A stretch of 63,997 nucleotides of DNA, filler included, from Licmophora abbreviata (lineage: Eukaryota): NCBI GenBank assembly GCA_900291995.1. It is 12 parts of 12 records of this genome, joined end to end, with 100 filler letters (N's around TTAATTAATTAA, not from the genome) between each part and the next. Parts side by side here need not be neighbours in the genome. Positions count along the whole stretch, not along the records: positions 1 to 7,256 come from OLMU01002956.1; positions 7,357 to 11,926 come from OLMU01002957.1; positions 12,027 to 17,237 come from OLMU01002958.1; 9 more parts are not named here. One strand, written 5' to 3'. Of this stretch, positions 1-12,037 are shown in pieces. The notes under the pieces were generated by a model that was not told where the DNA came from, did no database searches, and saw nothing but the letters and a program-made list of their open reading frames with translations. Position 1 is the first letter of the stretch, and each line of letters starts with the position of its first letter. The position numbers and the translations under genes are program-made.

Positions 1-133
1 TTGTCCACAACGGCTTTGGGGTTCGTATGATGCGAAGTCTCTCTCCTTCGCTCAAATCATGGGAAGCAAGGAAGGCATTCCGCTCGTGTTAGGCAGCAAC
101 AGCGACGAGTCTCCCCTTTTTGTCTTGTGAACC

Positions 134-1571
134 ATGACGACTCCTCCTCCAGCCAGCGATCCTGGTGGCATGGCCACATTCAATATTCTCCATGGGTTTC
201 CGGAAGCTCTTGTTCGAGGCATGAGGTCGTCGTTTTTGAGCGATGCCGACTATCACCACTTGACGCAGTGCGAAACGCTGGACGACGTGCGTCTTAACAT
301 GACAGAGAGCGATTACGCCGAGGCTCTGGCAGACATGAACACTCTTACGCCTACGGCACTTCAGAAGGCTGCGATTGATAAGGTGAGGGGCTTGTGGGAA
401 AGAGATTTATCAAAGAAGATAACATATGCCGAAGTCAAGGGAGGCGTTGCGGCGCGCTGGTGCCTGTCGCTGTGCGTTGGCCATGCTTACTTCAGCGGGT
501 TCAGATCACGAAGCTAGGACTGAGCGCAAATTGGTCTTCTTGTTGTTGTGTTGAACCGATGCCTTTGCCACTCGTAATGGTAGAAGAAAAAATGTCTTTA
601 CGCGCGGCATCCGTCTTACGCTGCCTTCTTTCATTCCTTCGCCTTTTCAGCTCGTCACAGAGTTCAAGTACCTGCGGACTCAGGCAGTCGAACCTCTCGC
701 CACCTTTATGGAGTTCATTACGTACGAGTACATGATTGAGAACGTCATGCTCCTGCTTAAGGGAACCTTGAGTGGCCGTGACATTAACGAGCTCATTGCG
801 CAGTGCCATCCACTGGGCATGTTCAAGGAATCCACCATGCGCAGTATTCCTACCTTCGATTCCAACGCCCGTGGCTACGCCGATCTCTACCAGACCGTCC
901 TTGTCGACACTCCCGTCGGTCCGTACTTTGCCATGTTCTTGCAAGAGAGCTCGGAACGTGACGGGGGCGAAGTTCGCAATGTCCTCGAGGAAGTTGAAAT
1001 TGAAATCATCAAGTCGTCGCTCATCAAGTACTGGCTAGAGGATTTTGCTCAGTTCGTCGAGAAGCTTGGAGGCGACACTGCTACCTTGATGGGTGATTTG
1101 TTGAAGATTCGTGCTGATACGAACGCCATCAATATCACGCTCAACTCGTTTGGCACGCCCCTCAACGAGCCTGCCATGCGCTCTTCTGACCGCAAGACGC
1201 TCTACCCCGCCGTCGGCCACTTGTACCCCGCCGGTACTGCCATGCTGGCAGATGTCTCCGACGAGGACGAGCTTGGACGCGTGCTGGAGCTCTTTCCTCA
1301 GTACTCTAGTATCTGGAGCATCCATGCCGCCGGATCGGGCGACAAGAGCATCGACGATGCCTTTTACGAGCGCGACGTGCAAATGCTGGAGCTCGCGTTC
1401 GAGAGTCAGTTTCACTATGCTGTCTTTTATGCATACGTCAAGCTGAAGGAACAAGAAATTCGGAATCTTGTGTGGGTGAGCGAGTGCATTCTTCAGGGGC
1501 AAAAGGACGAGATCAACAAGTTTGTGCCCGTCTTTAGCCAGCACGCGCCTTGGCGTCTCAAGCATCGATAG
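134..1571 (+). CDS. VMA6: V-type ATPase V0 subunit d (exons 134-382, 651-1571)
   Basis: FNILHGFPEALVRGMRS...YHHLTQCETLDD and EQEIRNLVWVSECI motifs. GT-AG intron 383-650 joins AAIDK|LVTEFKYLR in frame. Confidence 0.95.
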
Positions 1572-2198
1572 ATGCCTTAAAAGGTGTCTGTCGTTGTTGG
1601 CGGATTGCGTGCAGCAGTCACTGCGAGTGACGTAGTACAGAAGAAGAGCGTTTACCTTTTCTGTGGCTCTAGAGGTTACGATTGGTATTATAAAACATTT
1701 GTTTTGCTTACCGTGACTGAGATTTACGATGGGCTAGGTCCACGACTACGTCGGGGCGAAAAGCTAGTGTACCTCTAGCTCAGTTCTAAATTAGTCTCCG
1801 GGGTCCCTGGATCGACTGAACTGTTCCTACATATCAAGGCATATTTCAACGTCGCTGATAGATTTGTTCCAAGCAAGTCGACGGCAAAGCGTGAGAGTGC
1901 TTAGCGGTGGTAGGGCGGGCCGGTAGTATTCGTACGACGGTGGGTACTGCGTCTACGGCAGTGCAGCGAGAGCGGGTCATTTCTACGGTCACTGATACCC
2001 CGGTAGAAAATCCACGTGAAAAATTACAAGAAGCGTCCATCTCGCACGAGAGCGAGAGAGAGCTCACAGTCGAAGCCTTATTGTGGGCATCTGTGTCTGG
2101 GTGTGTGCTTCTTGGTCTTTTGGCCGTACTCGCGCTTGTCTCTGTGCTCCTCTTTCCCTTTGCATCCGCTGACCGGAGAGTGTGTCTGTGTTTCCACC

Positions 2199-5100
2199 AT
2201 GGCTATGAAACTTCGAGATCTGATTCGCAAGGTCCGCGCTTGCAAGACAGCGGCCGAGGAGCGGGCGGTCATCGCCAAGGAATCTGCGATGATTCGAACG
2301 GCCATTCGGGAAGAGCAGGATCACTACCGACACCGGAATGTTGCCAAGCTCCTCTTCATGCACATGCTCGGTGAGTAGAACTCAGAATGCCAGACAAAAA
2401 GATCGTCATGGTCGCGACCGGATCCACGAGCTGTCCTGGCTCAGTCGAAACCTGGTTCGACCAGGAAACTCGACGGTATTTCTCTATTCCATGTGGTTTC
2501 AAAACTCAAATTCCCCTTTCGTCATTGTTGCTCTCGCAGGCTATCCGACGCACTTTGGTCAGCTAGAATGTATGAAGCTCACGGCATCGCCGCACTTTCC
2601 TGAAAAGCGCATTGGCTACTTGGGGATGATGCTTCTCCTTACGGAAGACACGGACGTACTCATGCTCTCCACGAACTCGTTGAAGAACGATCTCAACTCG
2701 GACAACAAGTTCATTGCCGGATTGGCTCTTTGCGCCATTGGCAACTTGGCCACTGCGGACATGTCTCGCGACTTGGCCCCGGAAGTCGACAAGCATCTAA
2801 AGGCCTCCACTCCCTATCTCAGAAAGAAAGCCTGTCTTGCCATGGCACGCTGCTTGTCCAAGTGTCCCGATATGGTGGAAGACTTTGTCGATCGTGTCGT
2901 CACCCTCCTTAAAGACAAGAGTCATGGCGTCCTCATTACGGTCGTACAGCTCATGACTCAGATTGTCTTGATCGATACGCGAAATGCTGAAGAGGAAGGC
3001 ATTGAAGATGTCAGCGAGACTCCTTGTCGGGTGGCATTCTTGCGTCTTGTACCGTCCTTGGTCAAGCTGCTCCGCAACTTGTTGAATATGGGCTACTCTC
3101 CCGATCATGAGATTGGCGGCATTTCCGATCCCTTCTTGCAGGTGCAGATCTTGACTCTACTTCGTTTGCTCGGCGCTGGCAATGAAGAAGCTTCCGAAGA
3201 AATGAACGATGTGCTTGCTCAGGTCGCAACCAACACGGAAACATCCAAGAACGCGGGCAATGCAATCTTGTACGAGTGTGTGCAGACCATCATGGCCGTG
3301 GAGAGCGAGGACAGTCTACGCGTGCTGGCAATCAACATTCTCGGACGATTCTTACTCAATCGCGACAACAATATTCGATACGTTGCCTTGAATACATTGG
3401 CACGTTGCATTGTGGAACAAAAGCAGGCGGCCCGTCACCATGAGATCGTAGAAGGCGACACGGCCAACAGTGCCGCTTCGGCGCTGCAGCGTCATCGAAC
3501 GACCGTCGTCGATTGTCTCAAGGATCCAGACGTGAGCATTCGTCAACGAGCCTTGGAGCTCATTTATCATCTCGTCAATGCCGAGAACGTCGAGAGTCTC
3601 ACGGCGGAGCTCCTCAACTATTTGGTCCTGTGTCCTCGCGAGCACCGTGCCGATATCTGTACTCGCATCCTTCGTGTCGTCGACCGATTCAGTCCTGACG
3701 ATCGATGGAGAGTGGATACGTTGATTACCATGCTGACGATCGCGGGTCGAGAGACAACTCGTGATGTACAAAGTGCGACGATTGTGTACATTTCGAGATC
3801 CTCGGAGGACTTGCAGGCGTACTCTGCCCACAAGCTTCTCAAAGCGATTCGAGATGACGATGGCTCACAGCGTGGACTTCTTTCAGTGGGGATCTGGTGT
3901 ATTGGAGAATTCGGCGATTTGTTGCTGCAGCCGTATACGTACACGCCAGCGCCAAAACCAGATGAACCTGCTGTGACGATCTCGTTCATGGCCCTCGAGG
4001 CCGGAACTGTCGTTCAGACGATAGAAGATGTTGTCGATCGACACTCGTGTCCAGAGCCCATTAAGCAACGTGCTTTGACGTGCTTTGTGAAACTAAGCGA
4101 TCGGTTTGCTGACAAGGGAGATGCGGCGACGTTGGAAAGACTGCACTCACTGGTCAAGGAACACCAAGGCTCCCACTCGTTGGAACTACAACTGCGGTCG
4201 TGCGAATACGACGCCCTTTTGAACGCGGTGAAGGGAATCAGTTTACCGCCGCCATCGTCGTCAAAGGAAGATGATATTTTCGGTGTCACAGCGGAAGCGA
4301 CTCCGGTCAGCGACGGAGTCAAGAGCGCAGCAAAGGATGCTCTTGCTCGAATGCCGGTTGTTGATTTGAAGGTCATGGAACGGAAGAGGGACACGCAAGA
4401 CTTTCCCGACGATGGTTACGATAGTGGTGCAGTGCCTGTCCCCAAGGCGAACGGCAAGAAAGGTGGCGACTTGCTGGACCTTGAAGATATCTTTGGAGGC
4501 GGAGCTCCCGCACCTGCTCCCGAGCCGGCACAGAACGGCAATGGGGCTTCCGCCCCGTCCTCCGAGACCGCCAAGAGTGATGTGGACCTCCTGTCTGATA
4601 TTTTCTCTGCCCCAGCCGCTCCGCAGGTGGCCGCTCCAGCTCCGTCAGGTGGTTATGATCCGTTCAACGGCATCACACCACAACCCGCTGCAGCTGTCAG
4701 TCCCATGGATCTATTTGGTGCTCCTCCAGCGCCGGCACCCGCGCAAATGGCGAATTCGAATCCAATGGACTTGTTTGGTGCGCCACCAGCGGCTTCTCCC
4801 GCAGTATCCGCGCCAGCTCCTTCACAAGGAGAGGGGCCACTCATTGTGCCTGGCTTTAGCCACCAAGGTCTAACGGTGGAGTTTGAGTGCACCAAGCCAG
4901 ACACGTGGAACAAGCAGAACTCCACGCTCATCGCCAAGTTCAAGAACACAACAGATGTTCCCATTTACGGTCTCAGTCTTCAGTGTGCCGTGCCAAAGTT
5001 CGTCACGATGGAGATGAAGCCGCCGAGCTCGACGACCGTACCGGTCACAGGCGGCAACAACCCAAACCTTGTCAGCCAGACGATCAATGTGACCAATACG

Positions 5101-5211
5101 ATGCTGGGGAAGAAGAATCTCATGTTGAAGCTGAAGGTGGGCTTCACATCCAAGGGTACGAAGATAGATCACTTGGCTACCTGTTCAGGGTTCCCCGCTG
5201 GACAGTTTTGA
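2199..5211 (+). CDS. AP1G1: AP-1 adaptor complex gamma subunit (exons 2199-2370, 2540-5211)
   Basis: [21 protein letters not shown]-terminus, [37 protein letters not shown], Pro-rich hinge and C-terminal ear domain. Intron 2371-2539. Confidence 0.95.
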
Positions 5212-5334
5212 GCCTTATGCAATAGGATGAACGTAAATTCTAAACCAGCAGCAGATGGTTATCTGACTATTTGTTCGTTATCAATAGCTAATAATATCCT
5301 TAGCTCATATGCTCCGTCGATCTTATACTAATGC

Positions 5335-6404
5335 TCACTTTTTCGTAGCCTTGACAATGTAGAGCGGATCGCTTCTACCGGGTTGTGGAGAAATGTCATC
5401 GCATGTGGGTGATTCGAAAAGTCCCGAATAGTGAAAGAAGGAACCCGCAATGAAAATGTGCTCGAGGTCGCTAGTCTGTAGCCAGATTTGAAACGCTTTT
5501 GTGGGAAAGCTGCGAGTGGCGGTATGAGGCAGACATAAAATCGTGAGAGACGCCGCTTGGTACCGTGTTACTCACGACATACAGTCGAGCTGATCCTCCG
5601 AGCGCCTACCATCGATTGCTCATGGCGAGGAGACATTCGCCTCCTGGCCTAAGCACACGTCCGATTTCAGCAAAGGTTTCTTTCGGTTTGTTCAGGTAGT
5701 CTACGCTTACAACGCACGTGATCTTATCGAATGATCCGTCTTCAAATGGAAAGGTCGGGTCTTCGTTCAGGTCCTTAACAACGTACGACGACAGTTGCGG
5801 GTTTTGACCAAGCTCGTACTCATTCATACCGAGGCCCACTACATTCCCGCCGTTCCAGTCCTTTGGATAGTGGCTTACCCAAGACGAACAAATGTCGAGC
5901 ACATCGTCACCCTCCTTGAGATGATCACTGTAGTATTCCGTGAGGGCCGACACCGCAGGCTCGTCGATATGGCAGACGCTGAACACAAAGGCGAAGTAGA
6001 CAGTGTCAGAGATGCAATGAAACGAAAGCAGTCGCAGACACACCAATGCACGCCTTACGGTCGATCAGATTCGTAAAAGATTGCGTCGTCACTCTCGTCC
6101 TGTCAGACGAGACGGGACGAACAGACACATGGCGAAGTGAGCAGAAAAATGGCGGGAAACCCATTCGAAAAAAGCAAGTGTGACTCACCATTCGAGAAAA
6201 GTCTTCCTTGCTGTAGGGCCACTCAGTTGGCCATTGTGGATCCGCAAGTACCTTTTCTGCCATGCTGTCGGTTGTCGCCCAACGGTGCAGTGCCGAGAGT
6301 CGAGAGGCGCGTCGACTCAGCGGTGCAAAGGCACGCGTCGTGCAGCACATCTTCATAATCATCGCGGCAACAACACTACTTCCAAACAGATTCATGATTC
6401 CCAA
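5335..6404 (-). CDS. SAM-dependent methyltransferase (Methyltransf_11-like), 4 exons (~6404-6189, 6099-6059, 5978-5610, 5509-5335)
   Basis: DESDDAIFY, VLDICSSWVSHYP, SVDYLNKP...EIGRVLRPGG and SNRCFPTKA motifs after splicing. Start codon uncertain. Confidence 0.85.
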
Positions 6405-6823
6405 TCGCAGTCAAGTAGTGACGGACTCTTTCCTTCTCCAAATCTATGCAACGGTCCTTCAATGACTCGTCCAGCCAACAGGAAGCATCAACAGGCGAAG
6501 GTATGTGCTGCCCTCATGATCGCGGCGACGGACGGGATGATGATGTTTCGCGCCAAAAAACTGTGACTGACGTGTTCGTGTCCGTTCGTGCGTCGACACC
6601 ATCAGAAACGTTTCAAACCATGTTTCGCGCCAATAGCCTCGAGCGAAACTATATACAGCTAATAGTGCTACGGCATCGAATGCGATCCATACCTTTTTGG
6701 GGTGCTTGTCAAATGGGCTCAATAATTGATTTACTAAAGGTTTTGTACTTATTCTCTAAGAAACATGCAATGCGCGAAAATGTGTTCTTGGTTCGAGGCC
6801 GAGTGACAAAAGAGAAAAGTCCT

Positions 6824-8170
6824 TTAGACCTTTTCCTCGTCGACCTCCACGTTATCGGTGTTGGCCGACTTGTCCATCATCGTTACGTCTTCTTCAATTC
6901 CGTAGAACTTGTCATCCATCTCATCTGGGAGGACGCGGCCTTTGTATTCAAAGTAGGCAGGCATGATGTGAACACCAAGTACAAGGTTGGCGATGGTCGG
7001 CGCGGCAGGAGCAAGAGCGTCGCCGGGAGCGTAGGTCGTCTGAACAACAATCATGAGGACAATGGAACAGATGAACTGAAACCACATGGAGATAAGAAAA
7101 GAAGAGTCGTTTTCCCCGCCCAGCTTGAACCAGCCGCGCGCCATTCCCCAAAGGCCGTTGATGACGTAGACCAATCCAACAAAGATGGAGATTTCAGGAA
7201 AGTGCACCACAAACATGGCCACAACAATCGGAGCCTGAAGCGGGCCGCTTTCAAAANNNNNNNNNNNNNNNNNNNNNNNNNNNNNNNNNNNNNNNNNNNN
7301 TTAATTAATTAANNNNNNNNNNNNNNNNNNNNNNNNNNNNNNNNNNNNNNNNNNNNGCTCCCAACATGAGTTGAGCAAGTCCAGCAATGGCCATGACGGC
7401 GGAGTATGAAACGAGGCGACCTCGGAAGTAGGCGCCGTTGTAGCTTTCGGGCTGGCCGATCTGAAACTTGTAGAGCTCGAGACACAAAAAAGCGATGCCG
7501 CCAAAGAGGAAGAGACAAAACGTGGCAGCTCCAATCATTCCCATAGCTCCAACAAACCAGACCTGAGAGCCGGTAGGTTCGTAGACTGTTGGGTCGGAGA
7601 GGACGATAGCAGTTGAAGACGTTAGATAGCGCATATGGAATCACGGCAAAGCTCCCTGCATGCCCGACCGAGTTACTCACCAGCGGGGATAAAGGCAGCG
7701 CCGGTATTCGCCAACTTGCCAATGTTGATAATGTCGGTAAGGTATGGAACAAGAGCCGCAACTTCAAAAATCACCAAGGCGGCGGTGAGAGAGGGCATGT
7801 TCCATTCGAACGCAGTAACCATGAAGCCGATCGTCATTCCCATTAGGCCAATCGTCAAGGCAATCAGATTCCCAAAGGTTGCCGACATGGCGATGGCGGT
7901 AGGTGCTGTTCCTCCATCACGGTTGATGAGAGGAGCCAGGCGGGCCAAGGGAAAGTAGGCGACTGAAATCGATATCGCCAGGAGGAGGGCAGCGACGCGA
8001 CGCTTCTCTGTAAGCACAAGGCACACGTAGGAACAGTGGGAGAGACGTGGTATGAGTGCCTTGAATCTGAACGCGAATAACTCAAAAACTATCCCAGCAC
8101 ATGTTTCTCACTCACCGTACTGGAAACGTCCGTTTCCGACTGCGTTGACTTGACCAAACTTGGGAATCAT
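6824..8170 (-). CDS. Multi-pass membrane protein of unknown function, interrupted by an assembly gap (exons 8170-8116, 8007-7681, 7585-gap-6824)
   Basis: Spliced frame MIPKFGQVNAVGNGRFQY|EKRRVAALLL... carries many hydrophobic helices. Canonical GT-AG introns. Confidence 0.7.
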
Positions 8171-8703
8171 TGTTCTTGTGCGATGTACGATTGATCCGGT
8201 TTCAAAATTGTGAGCAGTCAATCCTGATGCAGGAGAAGGAATTGACCGCTTGAGCAACGTTTCACAGGTCACAAAGGCTTGTTCAGGTTGCGCAAGCAAT
8301 CCTTATCGGCAATTCGAGCTGCCTGAGCAGTTTTGCAAGTTGACAAGATTGACGGAGTATCGAGCCTCGAAGACCGCGCACCCCCGAGCTGGTTCCACTC
8401 CGCGGTGACACATACTGACCACCCCCACGCATCGAAAGGGGCGATGAGAGTCCCAGTCGCCGCTGGACCATGCCCGGGTCAATCGCTGCCATGTAGCCGT
8501 GTTACATTGCTTGGGCACGGTTCTAGGCTTCCAGCCCCATTTCGTGTTAGTAGAGTTCGCATTCTACGTCAGCATTTGAGACACCATGATGATCGGCGGC
8601 GAGACCATGAGGATCCGCCGTCGCCGCTCGCGTCCTCGCCGCACAGCGTGTTCGACGCCTTCTGCTTGTCTATTCGCGTCTTCGAAGCTCCTTCATAGTG
8701 TTC

Positions 8704-9403
8704 ATGGCCGCAACGAAACATGCGCCACCGTCTTTGTGCTCGACATGCTATTTGACATTGACGGACAACAGGCAAATCACGCTCCTCCCGTGCGAGCACA
8801 CTGTGTGCACGGCCTGTATGATTGAATTGCAGGCTGCACGAGGCCCAGCGCAGCTGCAGTGCCCGTCGTGCCACCAAATGAGTCTTACGCCACGCGTGGT
8901 ATCGACCGGGTCCGTCCATGAAGCTTCAGAGGGAGTTTGTCGAGCATCCGTACACGCCAGTGCCACCACCACCGCCGCATCCGACCCACGATGCCTTTCG
9001 GTATTTTATGCGCAACACGTTTCAAAGTTTGACAAACGAGCATCGCCAGGAAATCATCGGAAAGGGGATACTCTTCAATGCGTTGTATCATATCAAGGTT
9101 TCTCCCAAGGGCGCTGACAAGCCGACTATTGTCCTAGTGCAAAGTCGAAATGTTTCGGCTGTGGGCGAACGCATGCCGAGCGTGAACGACCAGCAGGCGC
9201 TCATGTGGACAATACAACTACTTCAAAATGCCATGAGACCACTGCCAAGTCTCAAAAGTACCGAAGGACCACAGCTGCACCATGATTCGATGATGGAAGA
9301 TGAGATGCACGCTCCAATATTAGAAGAGCCACAAAGCGATGGGCACACTGCAACCACGGATGACTTTCTAACACTCTGTCGATACATTGGCGGTATGTGG
9401 TAA
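8704..9403 (+). pseudogene. RING-finger (C3HC4-like) protein gene with an apparent +1 frameshift near 8880
   Basis: CSTC...LLPCEHTVCTAC...CPSC in one frame. The second frame is open from 8882 (VLRHAWYRPGPSMKLQ...) to 9403. Confidence 0.5.
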
Positions 9404-9485
9404 CCGTTCTACGTTCTGATGGGGCGTTTATAATTGTATAAGTCTGTTCGTACAAGAGAACAAGAGTAGAAACATTGTCTCCTAG

Positions 9486-10517
9486 CTAAAAATCGTCGAA
9501 TCTCGTCGACTCGTCTTGATGCACAATCGTGTTGGACGGTGCATTGTTCATTTCTTCCAAGATTCGTATCATATACTGCAAGGGCATGTCTGATAATGCG
9601 TTCTTATGATGGAGTTGACACGTGAGATCCAGCTGCCGCCGAATTGTCTTTGTCGAGTATTCCGACTTGGTCTGTAGTACTGTTTGGAGCAAGGATGAGT
9701 CGCCAGCGGTCGTCATGAGAACGCGAGGTTTCTTTCGATGCGGATGGTCTTGTGTCTCGTTGTCCAAGACCTCGGCAACAGTGGGAACCGTGAAATTTGT
9801 TGTTGACTCGCTTGGCTTGTAGAGAGACAGGACACACATTGCGTCGGGTCGTGCGTATCGGTGGAAGGCCCGCGGAAGGAGCCGACGAACTATCCGTCCA
9901 CTCTTTGTGTGTCGATGGACATTCTCCGGTACGATTGTCTCAGCAGAAGGGGGAAGTGCCTTGTCAGCGGGAGATTGTTTGTTGGAAGGAGGCACGGGTG
10001 GCTCGTAAGCTCCCTTGTAGCTCTCCCCTGGCCGAAATAAGTCGTTGTCCATCGTGGGGGCTCTGTAGATGTGCATCAACGCACGCAACTCCTCAGCCTG
10101 TTTCTTCGGAGACATTGCTCTCCACCAGTTGACGACCACTAGTTTATCTTGCGGGGTAGGGCTGTCGAGTAGTAGGCATCGCGGTATCTGACGAACGCCA
10201 AACTTTGCATGGGGTCGTCGACAGGGAAAGACATGCTGGAGCGCCTTGAGGTCGTTCCAATCGGTATTCGGAGGAATTGTGGAGTAGTGGATCGACACGG
10301 TTCGCAATCGAGCTTTCAAGAAAGGAATCGGCGAGAGAAGAGGGAGGGAGAGGATTTCGTCGCTGGAAGGTAATGGATTTTGTGGTATGGATGCAACATT
10401 GGCAGCAGCGCTTGCCGTGTCCGCTGCCATCGGCGGTAGTGGCGCGACGGATGCCGCAACGAGGGATGCGTCGACAGGTACCTCAGTTTTCTCGCTCATG
10501 CTATCCGTTTTCTCCAT
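9486..10517 (-). CDS. Hypothetical protein (343 aa, intronless)
   Basis: Long ATG-initiated ORF with no recognisable domain. Confidence 0.6.
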   Translation of the reverse strand: MEKTDSMSEKTEVPVDASLVAASVAPLPPMAADTASAAANVASIPQNPLPSSDEILSLPLLSPIPFLKARLRTVSIHYSTIPPNTDWNDLKALQHVFPCRRPHAKFGVRQIPRCLLLDSPTPQDKLVVVNWWRAMSPKKQAEELRALMHIYRAPTMDNDLFRPGESYKGAYEPPVPPSNKQSPADKALPPSAETIVPENVHRHTKSGRIVRRLLPRAFHRYARPDAMCVLSLYKPSESTTNFTVPTVAEVLDNETQDHPHRKKPRVLMTTAGDSSLLQTVLQTKSEYSTKTIRRQLDLTCQLHHKNALSDMPLQYMIRILEEMNNAPSNTIVHQDESTRFDDF

Positions 10518-10883
10518 TCACTTTATGTCAATGAAATTTTAAGGGGGGGACTGTTGAATCCATGACACAGATCTGCTGCAGGAGCTACGATGTCAAGCGA
10601 ACGACCACCGGTTCGGCATCGCCATGGTCATGGTCGCTTTTTCTGCATATATCGAGGTCTATTGGACGTTTGGATCCAGGTTTAGCTCGTGTATATTCTT
10701 CTCTGTGAGGTCTAAAGGAAGATACCGTCCTCAAAACCTCGTGAGTACGTCACACGCAAACGCGCATCAGAGAAAAAGTGATCTGATGGACAGAACGCGA
10801 CGAGGATGAGTCGATGACATGACACAGGACATACTACTTCAAGCAACGGCGCTAGACTTCCTCTAAAGAGCATCGATTTCACC

Positions 10884-11926
10884 ATGTCCGCTTCCAACAA
10901 AGTGAATGTGCTAATGGTCGGTACGGGCGAGTACACAACGGGCTATGTCGGTGGTGGTGGTGCTGCAGACAGCGACAAGGGCGCCGGCGTGGTGGCCCTC
11001 ACCATGTTTGATCTACGACGTCGCAGCAAGGTCGATCGAGTGGCCATGTGTGGTGTCAACGGAAAGAAATTCCCTGGTATTCGTCAGCATATGAAACGGA
11101 ACATTGGAGAAGTATATGGGGAGATGGATTTGGCGTGTGAGACATTTCCTGGAGACACTGAAGTCAAGCCGACGGCCTATGAAGATGCAGCCAAGACGTT
11201 TCAGAAGGGCGATGTCGCCATCATCTTTACTCCCGATGATACGCACTATGACATTGCCATGGCCTGTATTCAGCAGGGAATGCACGTTATGGTGACCAAG
11301 CCGATCGTGCAGACGCTAGAGCATCACCACGCGCTCGCCAAGGCGGCCAAAGAACAAGGGGTCCTGGTAGGCGTCGAAGTTCACAAGCGTTTGGATCCAT
11401 TCTATGCGGATGCACGTGATCGTGCTCGTACTGGTCTCGGAAACTTTCAGTACATGTACGCATACATGAGTCAGCCCAAACATCAACTGGAAACCTTCAA
11501 GGCGTGGGCTGGAAAGTCGTCCGATATCTCCTACTATCTCAACTCCCATCACATTGACTTTTCCGAATGGACGCTGGCCGGTATCGCTCGACCCATCCGC
11601 GTCACGGCAACTGGATCGACCGGCGTGGCTCGATCGAAAGGTATGAATACAGAGGATAGCATCACTTTGACTGTGCAATGGCAGAACCTGAATGACAAGA
11701 CCTTGGGTTGCGCCGTCTACACGTCGTCGTGGGTCGCTCCCAAGAGCGATGTGCATTCGCAGCAGCGATTCTTTTACATGGGTACGCGTGGAGAGATAAC
11801 TGTAGACCAGGCACATCGTGGATGTACTGTTGCGACGGATGATGGACCGTTCGCTTCCGTGAACCCTCTCTTCATGAAGTATACGCCGACAAACGGAAAA
11901 TTCGCTGGGCAGGCGAGTTATGGTGT
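10884..11926 (+). CDS. gaaA: D-galacturonate reductase-like Gfo/Idh/MocA oxidoreductase (3' end lost in gap)
   Basis: [30 protein letters not shown] and [30 protein letters not shown] closely resemble fungal GaaA as recalled. Confidence 0.85.
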
Positions 11927-12037
11927 NNNNNNNNNNNNNNNNNNNNNNNNNNNNNNNNNNNNNNNNNNNNTTAATTAATTAANNNNNNNNNNNNNNNNNN
12001 NNNNNNNNNNNNNNNNNNNNNNNNNNTCGCTTTCTTC

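Noticed and set aside
2434..2476. tRNA-like A-box/T-loop words (TGGCTCAGTCG, GGTTCGA) and a small hairpin in the AP-1 gamma intron
   Set aside because: Spacing is too short, and there is no anticodon arm or acceptor stem.
6446..7312. 288-aa plus-strand ORF and many other overlapping ORFs in the track
   Set aside because: These are antisense or alternative-frame shadows of real genes, often with non-ATG starts.
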